DNA of 64,000 nucleotides from Candidatus Omnitrophota bacterium (GTDB lineage Bacteria > Omnitrophota > Gorgyraeia > Gygaellales > Profunditerraquicolaceae): NCBI GenBank assembly GCA_011620275.1, contig WOZK01000010.1, positions 5,257-69,256 of the forward strand, given 5' to 3'. A program made the position numbers and the translations under genes. The stretch's first letter is position 1. Each line of letters begins with the position of its first letter. Shown piece by piece: positions 17,111 to 27,470 of this stretch. The notes below the pieces were generated by a model. The model made no database searches. It saw nothing but the letters and a program-made list of their open reading frames with translations, and was not told where the DNA came from.

Positions 17111-18540
17111 AGGCATACGATGTAATAATTATCGGAGCAGGGGTGACCGGCGCGGCGATCGCAAGGGAGTTGTCGCGCTATAAACTTCGTATCGCCGTCC
17201 TGGAAAAAGAAGAGGAATACGCTTTCGGCGTTTCTAAATCCAATTCCGGGATAATTCATCCCGGCACACAGAACTCTCACTGTTCTTTGAAGGGCCGGCT
17301 CTGCGTGCAGGGGAACCGCCTGGTGAGAAAGATAGCGCGCGAACTAGGAGTGGATTTCAAACAAACCGGAGAATTGATCGTCGCTTTCAACGGGGAAGAG
17401 ACCGGGCGCCTGCGGGAGTTGAAGCGCGAAGCCGAGATGCTCGGCGTGCCGGGCCTTCGTATCCTGAATAAACGCCGGCTTGTAGAAAAAGAGCCTAATC
17501 TCTCTCCGGAGGCGGTTGCCGCTCTCTACGCGCCCACCGCCGGTATCATCAGCCCTTACCGGCTGGTCTATGATCTCTGCGAGAACGCGCTCAAGAACGG
17601 GGTTGAGATACATACCGGCTGCGCTGTGAAGGCTGTCGGTACCGCCGGCGGCGAGTTCTCGGTTCTTACCGCAAAAGGCGAGTTCCGTTCCAGGTTCCTG
17701 GTCAACGCCGCCGGCCTTTTTGCCGACGACGTCGCCGCCATGTGCGGGATAAACGATTTTCGGATCACCCCGCGCAAGGGCGAAGAGTTCATCCTGGACA
17801 AGAAGCTGGAGAATATCTCGAGGCACCTTTTGTTCCCTCTTCCCAACAAGATTTCCAAAGGCGTGCTGGTGATCAAGACCGCCGACGGCAACCCGATGAT
17901 TGGCCCCACGGCTCAAGATGCCGCCGACAAGGAAGACCTGGGCACCAGTGATGCCGGACTTAAAGAGGCCCTAGACGGGGCACGCCGGTTGGTACCTTCC
18001 ATAGATGAAAAAGATATCATCGCCTATTTCGCCGGGCTGCGTCCGGCTGCGGGAGACGATTTCATCATCCGCCGAGAGGAGAAAGTCCCGGGGCTGGTTA
18101 CCGTCGCAGGCATACAGTCGCCCGGCTTGACCGCGGCGCCGGCAGCAGCGCTGATGGTTAGGGGGCTTTTGAGAGATTGCGGGCTGGTTTTGAAAAAGAA
18201 ATTATTTTTTCGCCCGCGGCAGTCGGAGATCCCGCATTTGTTTTCTCTTACGTTTAAAGCGGCGGAACGTCTGGTTAAGAAGGACCCGTCTTACGGGGAT
18301 ATCGTGTGCCGTTGCGAGATGGTTTCGGCCAAAGAGGTGAGGGATGCCGTCAAACGCGGCGCCTGCACCATGGACGGGATAAAATTCCGCACGCGCGCGC
18401 AGGCCGGACGCTGCCACGGGAGTTTCTGCACCGCCAGGATCATGCGCATACTCGCGCAAGAGCGCAAACTCCCGCTTACCGGGGTGAGCAAGAGAGGAAA
18501 AGGGTCGGAGCTGGTAAAAAAGGACAGGGCTGATGTCTGA
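17107..18540 (+). CDS. glpA: FAD-dependent glycerol-3-phosphate dehydrogenase (GlpA/GlpD-like) with a C-terminal BFD-like [2Fe-2S] domain
   Basis: N-terminal GAGVTGAAIA FAD dinucleotide-binding fold. C-terminal CRCEMVSAKEVRDAVKRGACTMDGIKFRTRAQAGRCHGSFC. Confidence 0.85.
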   Translation: MKAYDVIIIGAGVTGAAIARELSRYKLRIAVLEKEEEYAFGVSKSNSGIIHPGTQNSHCSLKGRLCVQGNRLVRKIARELGVDFKQTGELIVAFNGEETGRLRELKREAEMLGVPGLRILNKRRLVEKEPNLSPEAVAALYAPTAGIISPYRLVYDLCENALKNGVEIHTGCAVKAVGTAGGEFSVLTAKGEFRSRFLVNAAGLFADDVAAMCGINDFRITPRKGEEFILDKKLENISRHLLFPLPNKISKGVLVIKTADGNPMIGPTAQDAADKEDLGTSDAGLKEALDGARRLVPSIDEKDIIAYFAGLRPAAGDDFIIRREEKVPGLVTVAGIQSPGLTAAPAAALMVRGLLRDCGLVLKKKLFFRPRQSEIPHLFSLTFKAAERLVKKDPSYGDIVCRCEMVSAKEVRDAVKRGACTMDGIKFRTRAQAGRCHGSFCTARIMRILAQERKLPLTGVSKRGKGSELVKKDRADV

Positions 18541-19519
18541 ACGCGAACTGGTGATAGTCGGCGGCGGGCCGGCGGGAATGGCCGCGGCGCTTTCCGCCTA
18601 TGAGCACGGTGTCAGGGATATTCTGCTGCTGGAACGCGACCAGTATCTCGGCGGCATACTCAACCAGTGCATACATGCCGGTTTCGGGTTGAACTATTTC
18701 AAGGAGTCGCTCACCGGTCCGGAATACGCGCTGCGTTTTGCGCGCAGGATAACTGATATAAAGGGAATAGATGTGAGCCTTAAATCTTTCGCGGTCAGGC
18801 TCACACCGGACAAGACGCTGACTTATCTGAAACCGGGAAGGGTGGAAAAGGTGAAGGCAAAAGCCCTGATCATGGCCACCGGCTGCCGGGAGAAAACCAG
18901 GGAAATGGTGCATATAGCCGGCACTCGCCCGGCTGGTATTTTTTCAGCCGGTCTGGCGCAGAAGCTGATCAATATAGAGGGTCTGCTTCCTGGAAAAGAG
19001 GCGGTGATTCTGGGTTCCGGCGATATCGGTCTCATAATGGCGCGGCGTTTTATCCTGGAAGGCGCGAGGGTAAAAGGTGTCGTTGAGATCAGGGAGCAAA
19101 GCCGGGGCCTTACCCGTAACGTCGTGCAGTGCCTTGATGATTTCGATATACCTCTCTATCTGCGGCACAAGATCTCTCGCGTGCGCGGCAGGGATCGCGT
19201 GGAGGCGGTGGATGTGGCGCGGGTGGATGATCGTATAGAGCAAGTTCCGGGTTCGGAGTTCACCCTGGAATGCGATACCCTTCTGGTATCCGTGGGGTTG
19301 ATACCGGAGAACGAATTGATAGAAATGGCCGGGGTGCCGCTGGATAAAAAAACCAATTCTCCCCTTTCCGAAGGGTTGAATGAAACCTCAATTCCCGGGT
19401 TATTCGTCTGCGGCAACGCCTTTAAAGTGTACGACCTGGCGGACTCCGTCTCTACGGACAGCCTTGAAGCCGGCCGCATGGCCGCGGTATATTTGAGGCA
19501 GAAAGGCGAAGGACGGTAA
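18533..19519 (+). CDS. FAD/NAD(P)-binding oxidoreductase (pyridine-nucleotide-disulfide family), partner subunit of GlpA-type G3P dehydrogenase
   Basis: VIVGGGPAGMAAA... with a second Rossmann motif GSGDIGLIMA. Start and stop codons overlap its neighbours. Confidence 0.75.
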   Translation: MSERELVIVGGGPAGMAAALSAYEHGVRDILLLERDQYLGGILNQCIHAGFGLNYFKESLTGPEYALRFARRITDIKGIDVSLKSFAVRLTPDKTLTYLKPGRVEKVKAKALIMATGCREKTREMVHIAGTRPAGIFSAGLAQKLINIEGLLPGKEAVILGSGDIGLIMARRFILEGARVKGVVEIREQSRGLTRNVVQCLDDFDIPLYLRHKISRVRGRDRVEAVDVARVDDRIEQVPGSEFTLECDTLLVSVGLIPENELIEMAGVPLDKKTNSPLSEGLNETSIPGLFVCGNAFKVYDLADSVSTDSLEAGRMAAVYLRQKGEGR

Positions 19520-19524
19520 GTTTT

Positions 19525-19893
19525 ATGTTGAAGAAATTCGTTTGCATAGAATGTCCACAAGGATGCTTGTTGGAGACTGAGATCGAGAACGGCCGAATGG
19601 TAAAGGTTAACGGCAATAAATGCCCCAGGGGTGAAGATTATGCCCGCGGCGAGATAGAAAATCCGGCCCGCGTGCTGACCTCGACTATACCGGCGGAAGG
19701 GCTCCGGTTAAAGATGGTCTCCGTTAAGACAAACCGGCCGATAGCGAAATCCAGGGTGCTTGAGGCCGCGGCGGAGGTCAGGAAGCTGAAGGTGAAAAAG
19801 CCGGTGCGCGCGGGAGAGGTGATCGCGGAAAACTTTCTGGGGCTGGGAGCTGATCTGATTGCAACGAGGGACGTGCTGAAGGGCACTCCATAG
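19525..19893 (+). CDS. DUF1667-domain protein (third subunit of Firmicutes/Thermotoga-type G3P dehydrogenase clusters)
   Basis: CIECPQGC...GNKCPRGEDYARGEIENP... Cys-rich N-terminus and conserved tail. Family assignment is from memory of the conserved three-gene cluster. Confidence 0.65.
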   Translation: MLKKFVCIECPQGCLLETEIENGRMVKVNGNKCPRGEDYARGEIENPARVLTSTIPAEGLRLKMVSVKTNRPIAKSRVLEAAAEVRKLKVKKPVRAGEVIAENFLGLGADLIATRDVLKGTP

Positions 19894-19927
19894 CCCGCTA
19901 TCTACAGTTTTCGGAATAATACCCTGT

Positions 19928-21133
19928 GTGAAGATGAAGGAAGAAAAAGAACGTTACATAGTGCATGTGGATATGGACGCCTTCTTCGCCGCGGTGGAAC
20001 AACGGGACAACCCGGAATACTGCGGCAGGCCGGTGGTAGTCGGCGCCGACCCTAAGGGAGGCGGAGGCCGCGGCGTGGTATCGACTTGTTCCTACGAGGC
20101 GCGCAGGTACGGCGTGCATTCCGCTATGCCGATCTCGCAGGCCTATCGAAAATGCCCGCACGCGGTGTTCCTTCCGGTGGATATGGAGAAATACAGCCTG
20201 GTTTCGGAGAAAGTGCTCTCCATTCTGAATTCTTTTTCCCCTCTGGTGCAGCAGGTAAGCATAGACGAAGCGTTCCTTGACATAAGTTCCAGCTATAAGC
20301 TGCACAGCACTCCTTATCTGGCCTGCTTGGCGATGAAAAAACGGATAAAGGAGGAGACCGGTCTTACCGCCTCAGTGGGGCTTGCGCCGAATAAAATGGC
20401 TGCCAAGATAGCTTCGGATTTTTGCAAGCCAGACGGGCTGCTGGAAGTCACGGCTTCCGGATTACGCGAGTTCCTCGATCCCCTGGACGTGGGGCTGTTG
20501 TGGGGAGTAGGAGAAAAGACCAGGTTATCATTCAACGCCCTGGGTATCCGTACTATCGGCGACCTCGGCCGCAAAACGCGGCAGGAATTAACCGGGCTTT
20601 TCGGAAGGAACGGGGTCTGGTTCTGGGAGGCCGGACGCGGGGTGGACGACAGCGAGGTTGTCCCCGAACGCGAGGCCAAGTCTGTCGGTAACGAAAGCAC
20701 TTTCGAAGAGGATACCGGGGATAGGAAAATTGCGGAAGGCGAACTTTTCCGGCTTTGCGAACTTGTCTCCGATAGAATGCGGGAAAAAGGTGTGAAAGGC
20801 AGGACTGTGACTTTGAAGATACGGCTGGAAGGGTTTCTCACTTATACCCGTTCCAAGACTCTGACCGAGCCGACCAATTTCACTGAAGACTTGATCAGGG
20901 CGGCAAGATATTTATTCGGAGGATTTTCCTGCCGGGGGAAGAAAATCAGGCTCGTGGGCGTCAAGGTCTCAAACCTTTCGGAGGCGGATGAACTTTTGCT
21001 TTTCGAGCCGGAAGGCGGGCAGAAACGGGAAAAGGCGCACAGGGCAGTCGACAGGATAAAGAAAAAGTTCGGGAGGGAGTGTATTTCTCAGGCGTCCGGA
21101 GCAGTCTTGGGGAAATTTAGACTTTCCACGTAA
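19928..21133 (+). CDS. dinB: DNA polymerase IV (Y-family, DinB)
   Basis: VHVDMDAFFAAVEQRDNPEY...VSTCSYEARRYGVHSAMP...SIDEAFLD, the canonical DinB catalytic motifs. Confidence 0.93.
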   Translation: MKMKEEKERYIVHVDMDAFFAAVEQRDNPEYCGRPVVVGADPKGGGGRGVVSTCSYEARRYGVHSAMPISQAYRKCPHAVFLPVDMEKYSLVSEKVLSILNSFSPLVQQVSIDEAFLDISSSYKLHSTPYLACLAMKKRIKEETGLTASVGLAPNKMAAKIASDFCKPDGLLEVTASGLREFLDPLDVGLLWGVGEKTRLSFNALGIRTIGDLGRKTRQELTGLFGRNGVWFWEAGRGVDDSEVVPEREAKSVGNESTFEEDTGDRKIAEGELFRLCELVSDRMREKGVKGRTVTLKIRLEGFLTYTRSKTLTEPTNFTEDLIRAARYLFGGFSCRGKKIRLVGVKVSNLSEADELLLFEPEGGQKREKAHRAVDRIKKKFGRECISQASGAVLGKFRLST

Positions 21134-22404
21134 AAATATGTCGTCGCAAAGATCACGATTTCTATGATAGCGGTGGCCAGCGCGGCCCCGGTGTAGGAAA
21201 AGGCGTTTATCAGCAGGAATATCAGCGGCAGTCCGAAGAGCGCGGTTGTCACGTGTATCCGCGAATAGAGACCGGTCCTGCCGCAGACCAGCAGGAATTG
21301 TATCCTGAAGGCGTTGGCCGCCACGAAGAAAACGGCGATAAGAAGCAGTCTCAGCGACAATACCGTTTCGTCGTCCGCTCTGCCGCAGGCTATCTCCGTC
21401 AGCGGACGAGCGAAAAAGAATATCAGCGGCAGGCAGATCAACGATATGAGCGTGGTGACCAACTGTATCCTTTTCATCAAAAGGAACGCCTTCATCCTGT
21501 TTTTGTGGAATATCCTGCTCAGGCGCGGGAAGATCGCCTGGGAGAAGGAGTAGAGCGGGAACGTCTGCACGGCATTAGCTATTTTCTCCGCCATCGAGTA
21601 GAATCCTGTGGCGGTGTTATTGGTCAGCAGGCCGACCGCGAAGACCCTGGTTGTGGTGTAAGCGTTTATGGCGACATTGGAGATGAAAATGTCCCATCCG
21701 GCTTGGAGCTGCGAGCGGATGTCCGCGTACCCGGGGAACTTGAAGGAAACTCCGAATTTCCTGAAGACTATGTAAAGCCCCAGCACAGCGGTTATCATCA
21801 TTACCCCCGAATTTATCAGCGGCACCAGCAGGTAGTCCTGTGGCGTCTTCACGAAGGTGAATATGAGCAGAGCCAATATAACTCCCGCCAGTATGTTCAG
21901 GTCGGCTATGTGCCGCATTTTTTCTGTCCCCTGGAAGAACCAGACCGGGAAAAGGGTGTTGCCCGCTACCGTACCGAAGCTCAGCAGGTAAACCGGCCAG
22001 TCGCGCCTGAATTTCGGCACGAAATATACGAGCAATCCCAGGACCAGCAGACTCAAAACCGCCAGTAGTATCTTGACCGTTATCACGGAGGAGAATATGC
22101 AGGAGACCTTGCAGCGCTCTTCCCTGCAGAGGGATATCTCTTTTGTCGCGGATATACCGAAACCGTAATCGGTGACGATGGCGAAATACTGCACGAAGGC
22201 CTGGGCGAAAGCGATCAGTCCGAATTTTCCCGGGCCTATTATCCGGAAAAGGTAAGGCATTATTATCACCGGGAGGACGTAGGTGATAGCCTGCAGAGAG
22301 GTGAGGGAGGCGACATTGCCCATGACCACCCTGCGCTCATCCGGGTGGGCCATTCTGAAGGTCTTTTTTATCAATTTAATCAGGTAAGGCATTCTCTCAA
22401 TCAA
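21088..22404 (-). CDS. Polysaccharide/oligosaccharide flippase (Wzx/PST family)
   Basis: 438 aa with ~12 TM helices. N-terminus ...VMGNVASLTSLQAITYVLPVIIMPYLFRIIGPGKFGLIAFAQAFVQYF is typical of Wzx-like flippases. Convergent with dinB, with a 46-bp 3' overlap. Confidence 0.75.
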   Translation of the reverse strand: MIERMPYLIKLIKKTFRMAHPDERRVVMGNVASLTSLQAITYVLPVIIMPYLFRIIGPGKFGLIAFAQAFVQYFAIVTDYGFGISATKEISLCREERCKVSCIFSSVITVKILLAVLSLLVLGLLVYFVPKFRRDWPVYLLSFGTVAGNTLFPVWFFQGTEKMRHIADLNILAGVILALLIFTFVKTPQDYLLVPLINSGVMMITAVLGLYIVFRKFGVSFKFPGYADIRSQLQAGWDIFISNVAINAYTTTRVFAVGLLTNNTATGFYSMAEKIANAVQTFPLYSFSQAIFPRLSRIFHKNRMKAFLLMKRIQLVTTLISLICLPLIFFFARPLTEIACGRADDETVLSLRLLLIAVFFVAANAFRIQFLLVCGRTGLYSRIHVTTALFGLPLIFLLINAFSYTGAALATAIIEIVIFATTYFYVESLNFPKTAPDA

Positions 22405-22439
22405 AAGGATTACCCCGGGTTTGATCCTTCGACGGGCTT

Positions 22440-22560
22440 CAGTATTGAGCCTATCGAATTACTCTGGACATGCGCCCGGGGAGCTTCATTTTACAGTCGC
22501 CCGGTTGTTTAGTCAAGTTCGGGGCACGATACTTAATTAAACCGCTTATTGCCGGAAGCG
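22440..22560. repeat. Mosaic dispersed repeat: a Z-module fragment (GCGCCCGGGGAGCTTCATTTTA) plus the X module (CGGGGCACGATACTTAATT)
   Basis: Matches segments at 39905-39985, 26040-26110 and the X copies. Sits in the divergent intergenic region between the flippase and GH1 genes. Confidence 0.65.
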
Positions 22561-22689
22561 GCGCGCTTACTCCCAAAAAATCGGGAGTTGAGTGTATTTC
22601 GGGAATGAGGGAGTAAGGATCTATGGTATCTTTCCCAGTGCCACACGGTGCTTCTTGTCTTTCCCGTCTAATGATGTTATAATCGCTGC

Positions 22690-23907
22690 ATGATTAAATT
22701 CCCCCGCGGTTTTCTCTGGGGCGCGGCGACCTCCGCATACCAGGTGGAGGGAGGCAATTCCGCGTCCGACTGGTGGCTATGGGAGAAAATGACCGGACAC
22801 CGGCAATCCGGAGCGGCCTGCGATCACTACCGTCTCTATGAGCAGGACTTCGACCTGGCGCGCGGACTCTGTCATAACGCGCACCGCCTTTCCGTGGAAT
22901 GGAGCCGTATAGAGCCGCGCGAAGGCAGGTTCTCCCGCAAGGAGCTCAAACATTACCTTGACGTTATCCTTGCCTTGAGGGCGCGCGATATCGAGCCGGT
23001 GGTCACCCTGCATCATTTTACCAACCCGCTCTGGTTTTCCAGGTCCGGCCGCTGGGAAGAAAGCAGTTCGGTTAAGCGTTTCCTCAGGTATTGCGAAGAG
23101 GTCGTAGGGACACTGGCGAAACACGTCCATTACTGGATAACCATAAACGAACCTACCGTTTATATTTCGCACGGTTACATCCTCGGGGTCTGGCCGCCGC
23201 AGGCGCAGTCTTATCTGAAGGCGGTTCGGGTCGAGGAGAACCTGGCGGAGGCGCATATCCGCGTTTACCGTCTCATTCACCGCATTTACGAAAAACAAAA
23301 CCTGCCGCCGCCGGCGGTGAGTATAGCCCAGAACGTCACGGCCTTCGTGCCTTGCAAGCCTCTTTTCAAAAACCGGCTTGCCGCCGCTTTCCGGCATAAG
23401 CGGTATAATCTCGCTTTCCTGGAGAGGACCGCGCGAGAAAAGACGCTTGATTTCATCGGGCTTAATTATTATTCCCGCCAGTTGGTGCACCTGGCTGGCA
23501 GCGGTCCGGCCAACTTCGTTTTCGACGTCTGCAAAAAGAACCATCATCCGGTAAAAAAGAATTCCCTGGGATGGGATATCTATCCCAAAGGGCTTTGCGA
23601 TATCCTTATGGACATTAAAAGGTACCGCCTGCCCGTGATCATCACGGAAAACGGTATCTGCACTTCCGACGACGCGTTGCGCTGGGAATACATCCGCGGG
23701 CACCTGAAAAGCGTTCACCGCGCCGTTTCCGGAGGTGTTAACGTTAAAGGATATCTCTACTGGTCGCTGCTGGATAATTTCGAATGGGATAAAGGGTTTC
23801 GTCCGAGGTTCGGATTGATAGGCGTGGATTACAGGACGCAGAAGAGAAGGATACGCAAAAGCGCCAAAGAATTCGCTTCGGTTTGTTCGAGCGGGATCAT
23901 GAAATAG
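22690..23907 (+). CDS. Glycoside hydrolase family 1 beta-glucosidase
   Basis: [19 protein letters not shown]..., the ITENG nucleophile motif and the TxNEP acid/base region. Confidence 0.92.
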   Translation: MIKFPRGFLWGAATSAYQVEGGNSASDWWLWEKMTGHRQSGAACDHYRLYEQDFDLARGLCHNAHRLSVEWSRIEPREGRFSRKELKHYLDVILALRARDIEPVVTLHHFTNPLWFSRSGRWEESSSVKRFLRYCEEVVGTLAKHVHYWITINEPTVYISHGYILGVWPPQAQSYLKAVRVEENLAEAHIRVYRLIHRIYEKQNLPPPAVSIAQNVTAFVPCKPLFKNRLAAAFRHKRYNLAFLERTAREKTLDFIGLNYYSRQLVHLAGSGPANFVFDVCKKNHHPVKKNSLGWDIYPKGLCDILMDIKRYRLPVIITENGICTSDDALRWEYIRGHLKSVHRAVSGGVNVKGYLYWSLLDNFEWDKGFRPRFGLIGVDYRTQKRRIRKSAKEFASVCSSGIMK

Positions 23908-23990
23908 GCGGCGCTCCTTATTTTGCCGGTCGAGTCCGGGGCCTGCCTGGACATTACGCGCCGGCGCGGACTTTCTGAGGCTGGAAGAAA

Positions 23991-25574
23991 ATGGATAATA
24001 GCGAAAAGAAAACCGGTTGTTTTACCGCCTGCGATTTCCGGCAGTTGGTGGAGATCTCCGGCATATTGGTCTGGGTGACGGACAGCGAAGGCAGGTATAT
24101 TTATGTCAGCCGGGAGGTGTCCGATATACTCGGGATAGAGTCCCGGGAAATCATAGGCTGCAGTGTAAAGGATTTTCTGTTTTTCGGTCCGGAGGAGAAG
24201 CACGCGGTTTTGATTGCCGCAAAACTGTCCGCTAAGGAGGCTTTTTCCCGTCTTGAAATCGAAGGCCGGCGCAAGGACGGCAGTCAGGTTTTTCTTGAAA
24301 TAAGCGCTCTTCCCGTGTCGGACGATAAAGGCTGTTTTTGCGGGTTCAGCGGCATAGTCAAGGATATTACCGGATACAAACAGGCGGAAAACGGACTGCG
24401 CAGCAACCAGGAATTCATAAAATCCATAATACAGAATTCCGCCGTGGCTACCTTTGTCATTACCTCCGAGCATAAGGTCATCTACTGGAACAGGGCTTGC
24501 GAAGAACTTACCGGGATTAAAGCCTCCGAAGTTCTCGGTACCAATATGCATTGGAAGGCTTTCTACAAATCGCCGCGGCCATGCGTGGCGGACATCATAA
24601 TAGACGGTAGCGCCGCGGACATGGCCAAGCTTTATCCTGTGCAGTCGCGTTCCGAGTTCGTCGAAGGCGGGCTGCACTCGGAGGGATGGTATATAAATCT
24701 CGGCGGCAAGGACAGGTACATTATTTTCGACGCCGCCCCGATTCTCGACACGGCCGGGAGCGTGGTGGTCGCGATCGAGACCCTGCATGACATCACGGAG
24801 AGCAAGAAGGCGCAGGAAGAGCTTGCCGAGGCGTACCGCCAGCTTAAGGTTTATCAGGTCCAGCTTATCCAGGCGGCCAAGATGGACACCGTTGGGACGC
24901 TGGCCAGCGGAGTCGCGCATGAGGTAAAAAACCCGCTGGCGGTCATTCTGCAGGGCATTGAATATCTTTCCCGTAATATACCGCTTGATAACGAAGACAA
25001 CCGTATGGTGCTGGGTTTTATAAGCGAGGCGGTCGGCCGGGCGGACAGGATAATAAAGGGACTGCTGGATTTTTCCAGCCTGACCGAGATGCGCATTGAG
25101 TCTCAGCCGCTGGAGGCGGTGATAGACAGCGCCCTACTGCTGGTGAAGAACGCGCTGGACAGGAAAAAGATCCGGATCGCTAAACATCTGGCGCCGGATA
25201 TGCCCCCGGCCATGATAGACAGGAATAAATTTGAGCAGGTCCTGGTTAACCTTTTTATGAATGCCATAGATGTCATGCCTGAATACGGGGAATTGATTAT
25301 AAGAGGTTACGGGAGCTCGTCCGGAGTGAGAGAAGACGCGGGACCGGACAGCCGCGCGGCGGTGCTGGAGATAGAAGATAACGGTCCGGGGATACCGGAG
25401 GAAAATCTGGAGAAGGTTTTCGATCCGTTCTTTACCACCAAGCGCCGGAGAGGAGGCAGCGGTCTGGGGTTGTCCATAGTCCGCAACATAATAGATATGC
25501 ACGGAGGCAGGATCAGCTTGAACAACAGGGTCGGTTCGCGCGGTGTAATAGTTCAAATGGTGCTGGCAGTTTAA
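23991..25574 (+). CDS. PAS-domain sensor histidine kinase (cytoplasmic)
   Basis: Two or three PAS-like segments, then an H-box ([12 protein letters not shown]) and HATPase_c motifs ([22 protein letters not shown]...[10 protein letters not shown]). Confidence 0.85.
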   Translation: MDNSEKKTGCFTACDFRQLVEISGILVWVTDSEGRYIYVSREVSDILGIESREIIGCSVKDFLFFGPEEKHAVLIAAKLSAKEAFSRLEIEGRRKDGSQVFLEISALPVSDDKGCFCGFSGIVKDITGYKQAENGLRSNQEFIKSIIQNSAVATFVITSEHKVIYWNRACEELTGIKASEVLGTNMHWKAFYKSPRPCVADIIIDGSAADMAKLYPVQSRSEFVEGGLHSEGWYINLGGKDRYIIFDAAPILDTAGSVVVAIETLHDITESKKAQEELAEAYRQLKVYQVQLIQAAKMDTVGTLASGVAHEVKNPLAVILQGIEYLSRNIPLDNEDNRMVLGFISEAVGRADRIIKGLLDFSSLTEMRIESQPLEAVIDSALLLVKNALDRKKIRIAKHLAPDMPPAMIDRNKFEQVLVNLFMNAIDVMPEYGELIIRGYGSSSGVREDAGPDSRAAVLEIEDNGPGIPEENLEKVFDPFFTTKRRRGGSGLGLSIVRNIIDMHGGRISLNNRVGSRGVIVQMVLAV

Positions 25575-25595
25575 TCAAAACGCTGGAGGGCAAGG

Positions 25596-25989
25596 TGCCC
25601 AAAAAAGTGTTTTTGATCTACGATGAAACGGCTTTTACTCAACTGGTTAAACTCAACCTGGAGAAGACCGGGAATACGTAGTGCGGGTGGAAAATCAGGG
25701 GGCAATGGGGTTGTCTTCAGCTATACAATTCAAACCGGACGTGATATTGCTGGATATCGTAATGCCGGAAACGGACGGTTCCGATGTGGCCATGCAGTTA
25801 TCCGAGAACAGCATGACCAGGGATATCCCGATAGTCTTTCTGACGGCGATAGTGGAAAAGGAGGAGGTTGACGGCAACGATAATATGATCGGCGGCAGGA
25901 AATTCCTTGCGAAACCGGTGAATCCGGCAATTGATAAGGTGCGTAGATTCGTCGGTTATATGACGGCTTACCGCGGCGGTAAGCATTGA
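25596..25989 (+). pseudogene. Single-domain response regulator (receiver) disrupted by a 1-nt frameshift near 25669
   Basis: Frame 0 from GTG 25596 (RBS GGAGGG) reads MPKKVFLIYDETAFTQLVKLNLEKTG and then hits TAG. The receiver continues in the next frame as EYVVRVENQGAMGLSSAIQFKPDVILLDIVMPETDG...FLTA...KP. The break falls in the CCGGG run. Confidence 0.6.
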
Positions 25990-26039
25990 CAAATGCCCGC
26001 TGGGAACTATAATAAAGAGTTAATCGAGAAAGAAACTCC

Positions 26040-26110
26040 GGGCGCATGTCCTGAGTAGTTTGGCAGGCTCACTACTGAAGCCCGTCGAAGGGTCAGCCCG
26101 GGGAGTTTCA
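26040..26110. repeat. Z-module dispersed repeat (GGCGCATGTCCTGAGTAGTT...CAGGCTCACT...TCGAAGG...GCCCGGGGAGTTTCA)
   Basis: About 75% identical to 39905-39985, including the outer CCGGGC/GCCCGG stem. Partial copies at 3290-3330, 22460-22500 and 56925-56950. Confidence 0.6.
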
Positions 26111-26299
26111 ATAATCGGCGGCCCGCGTTGGAAGGAATAAATCCGGGACCTTAAAAAACGGGACCAGAGCCTTTGGGTGGCGAAGTCCCGTCATCGGCGC
26201 CGTAAGGCGCCATAAAACCTTCGCTTTTAGAAGCGGAGGTTTTTGTTTTTTAAAAAGGAAGGGCGTTTTCCCGTCCGCCGCAAGAAAGGGGGCAGCCGC

Positions 26300-27436
26300 A
26301 TGGTTCTCATCAGGAAGATCCCTGATACCGGGGAGAAATTGAGCATACTTTCACGCGATTCGCAGTATGATCTTGCCTGCGCCTGCGCCACCCGGGAGGA
26401 CGAGCACCGCCGGCGTTCCAAAGATGGCAAATGGATATATCCGGTGACGCTGCCCGGCGGGGGGACGACCTTTCTTTTCAAGACGCTTCTTTCCAATCAA
26501 TGCGTTAACGACTGCAAATACTGTCCGCTGCGCGCCGGTTCTCCGGCCGCGCGTTGTTCCCTGGCGCCGGAAGAGGCGGCCAGTGTGTTTTTTTCGTATT
26601 ATAAAGCGGGGAAGGTCAGCGGTCTCTTTTTGAGCAGCGCGGTCTGCGGCAGCCCGGACGCCAGCATGGAGAATATCAATCGGGTTGCTCTTTTATTGCG
26701 CAGGGAGCGTTTCAGGGGATACATACATCTGAAGATAATCCCCGGGGCTTCGGAGAACGCTATTAGGCAGAGTCTTTCTTTGGCCAGCGCGGTTTCTCTG
26801 AATATAGAGACGGCCGGGGAAGGGAATTTCAAGTATTTCGGCAAAGGCAAGGATTATGTTAAGGATATAATCAGACCGCTGGAATTCATCAGTCGTTTTA
26901 GGCGCAGCTGCTCCGGCGGGTGCAGGATTAAACAGACCACGCAATTCGTGGTGGGCGTCTCCCGGGAGACGGACGGAGAGATTATCGGTTGTTCTTCCCG
27001 GCTATACCACAGCCTGGGGATGTCGAGGGTCTATTTCAGCGCTTACCAGAGGGGAGAAGGTGATCCTTCTTTGCCTGGGGAGAACTCCTCATACAGCAGC
27101 GCGGAAATGCTGACGCGCGAGCACCGGCTTTACCAGGCTGACTGGCTGATGCGTAAATACGGGTTTCGCGCCGACGAGATACCGCTGGACCCCGGGGGTA
27201 ATCTTTCTCTGGATGCCGATCCTAAAGCAGTGTGGGCGAGCAGACATCCGGAATTCTTCCCGGTGGAGGTGAACAGCGCCTCTGCGTCGCGGTTGCTGCG
27301 TGTGCCCGGACTGGGGCTGACGGCGGTGGAAAGGATAATGCAGTTGAGGCGGGAAGGCGTAAGGCTGCGGTCTCTTGCGACCGCGGTTAAACGCGGAAAA
27401 ATACTGGAGCAAGCGGAGAAATATGTTGTTTTTTAA
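26300..27436 (+). CDS. Radical SAM protein with a C-terminal helix-hairpin-helix region (putative DNA modification/repair radical SAM family)
   Basis: CVNDCKYCPL is a Cx3Cx2C radical-SAM cluster motif. C-terminal ...ASASRLLRVPGLGLTAVERIMQLRREG is HhH. GGGGG SD sits before ATG 26300. The tracked ORF from 26243 is probably over-extended. Confidence 0.55.
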   Translation: MVLIRKIPDTGEKLSILSRDSQYDLACACATREDEHRRRSKDGKWIYPVTLPGGGTTFLFKTLLSNQCVNDCKYCPLRAGSPAARCSLAPEEAASVFFSYYKAGKVSGLFLSSAVCGSPDASMENINRVALLLRRERFRGYIHLKIIPGASENAIRQSLSLASAVSLNIETAGEGNFKYFGKGKDYVKDIIRPLEFISRFRRSCSGGCRIKQTTQFVVGVSRETDGEIIGCSSRLYHSLGMSRVYFSAYQRGEGDPSLPGENSSYSSAEMLTREHRLYQADWLMRKYGFRADEIPLDPGGNLSLDADPKAVWASRHPEFFPVEVNSASASRLLRVPGLGLTAVERIMQLRREGVRLRSLATAVKRGKILEQAEKYVVF

Positions 27437-27470
27437 TCAAACCGCAGAAATCCCCGGGTTCAAAGAGGGT

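Noticed and set aside
26040-26242. Z-module plus downstream GNRA-capped hairpin (GGCGCC-GTAA-GGCGCC) and terminator-like stem upstream of the radical-SAM gene, considered as a riboswitch or sRNA
   Set aside because: The Z portion is a dispersed repeat found in unrelated contexts and orientations (39905, 22460, 3290). I could not match it to a known riboswitch class from memory, and covariation cannot be assessed from three copies. It is recorded only as a repeat.
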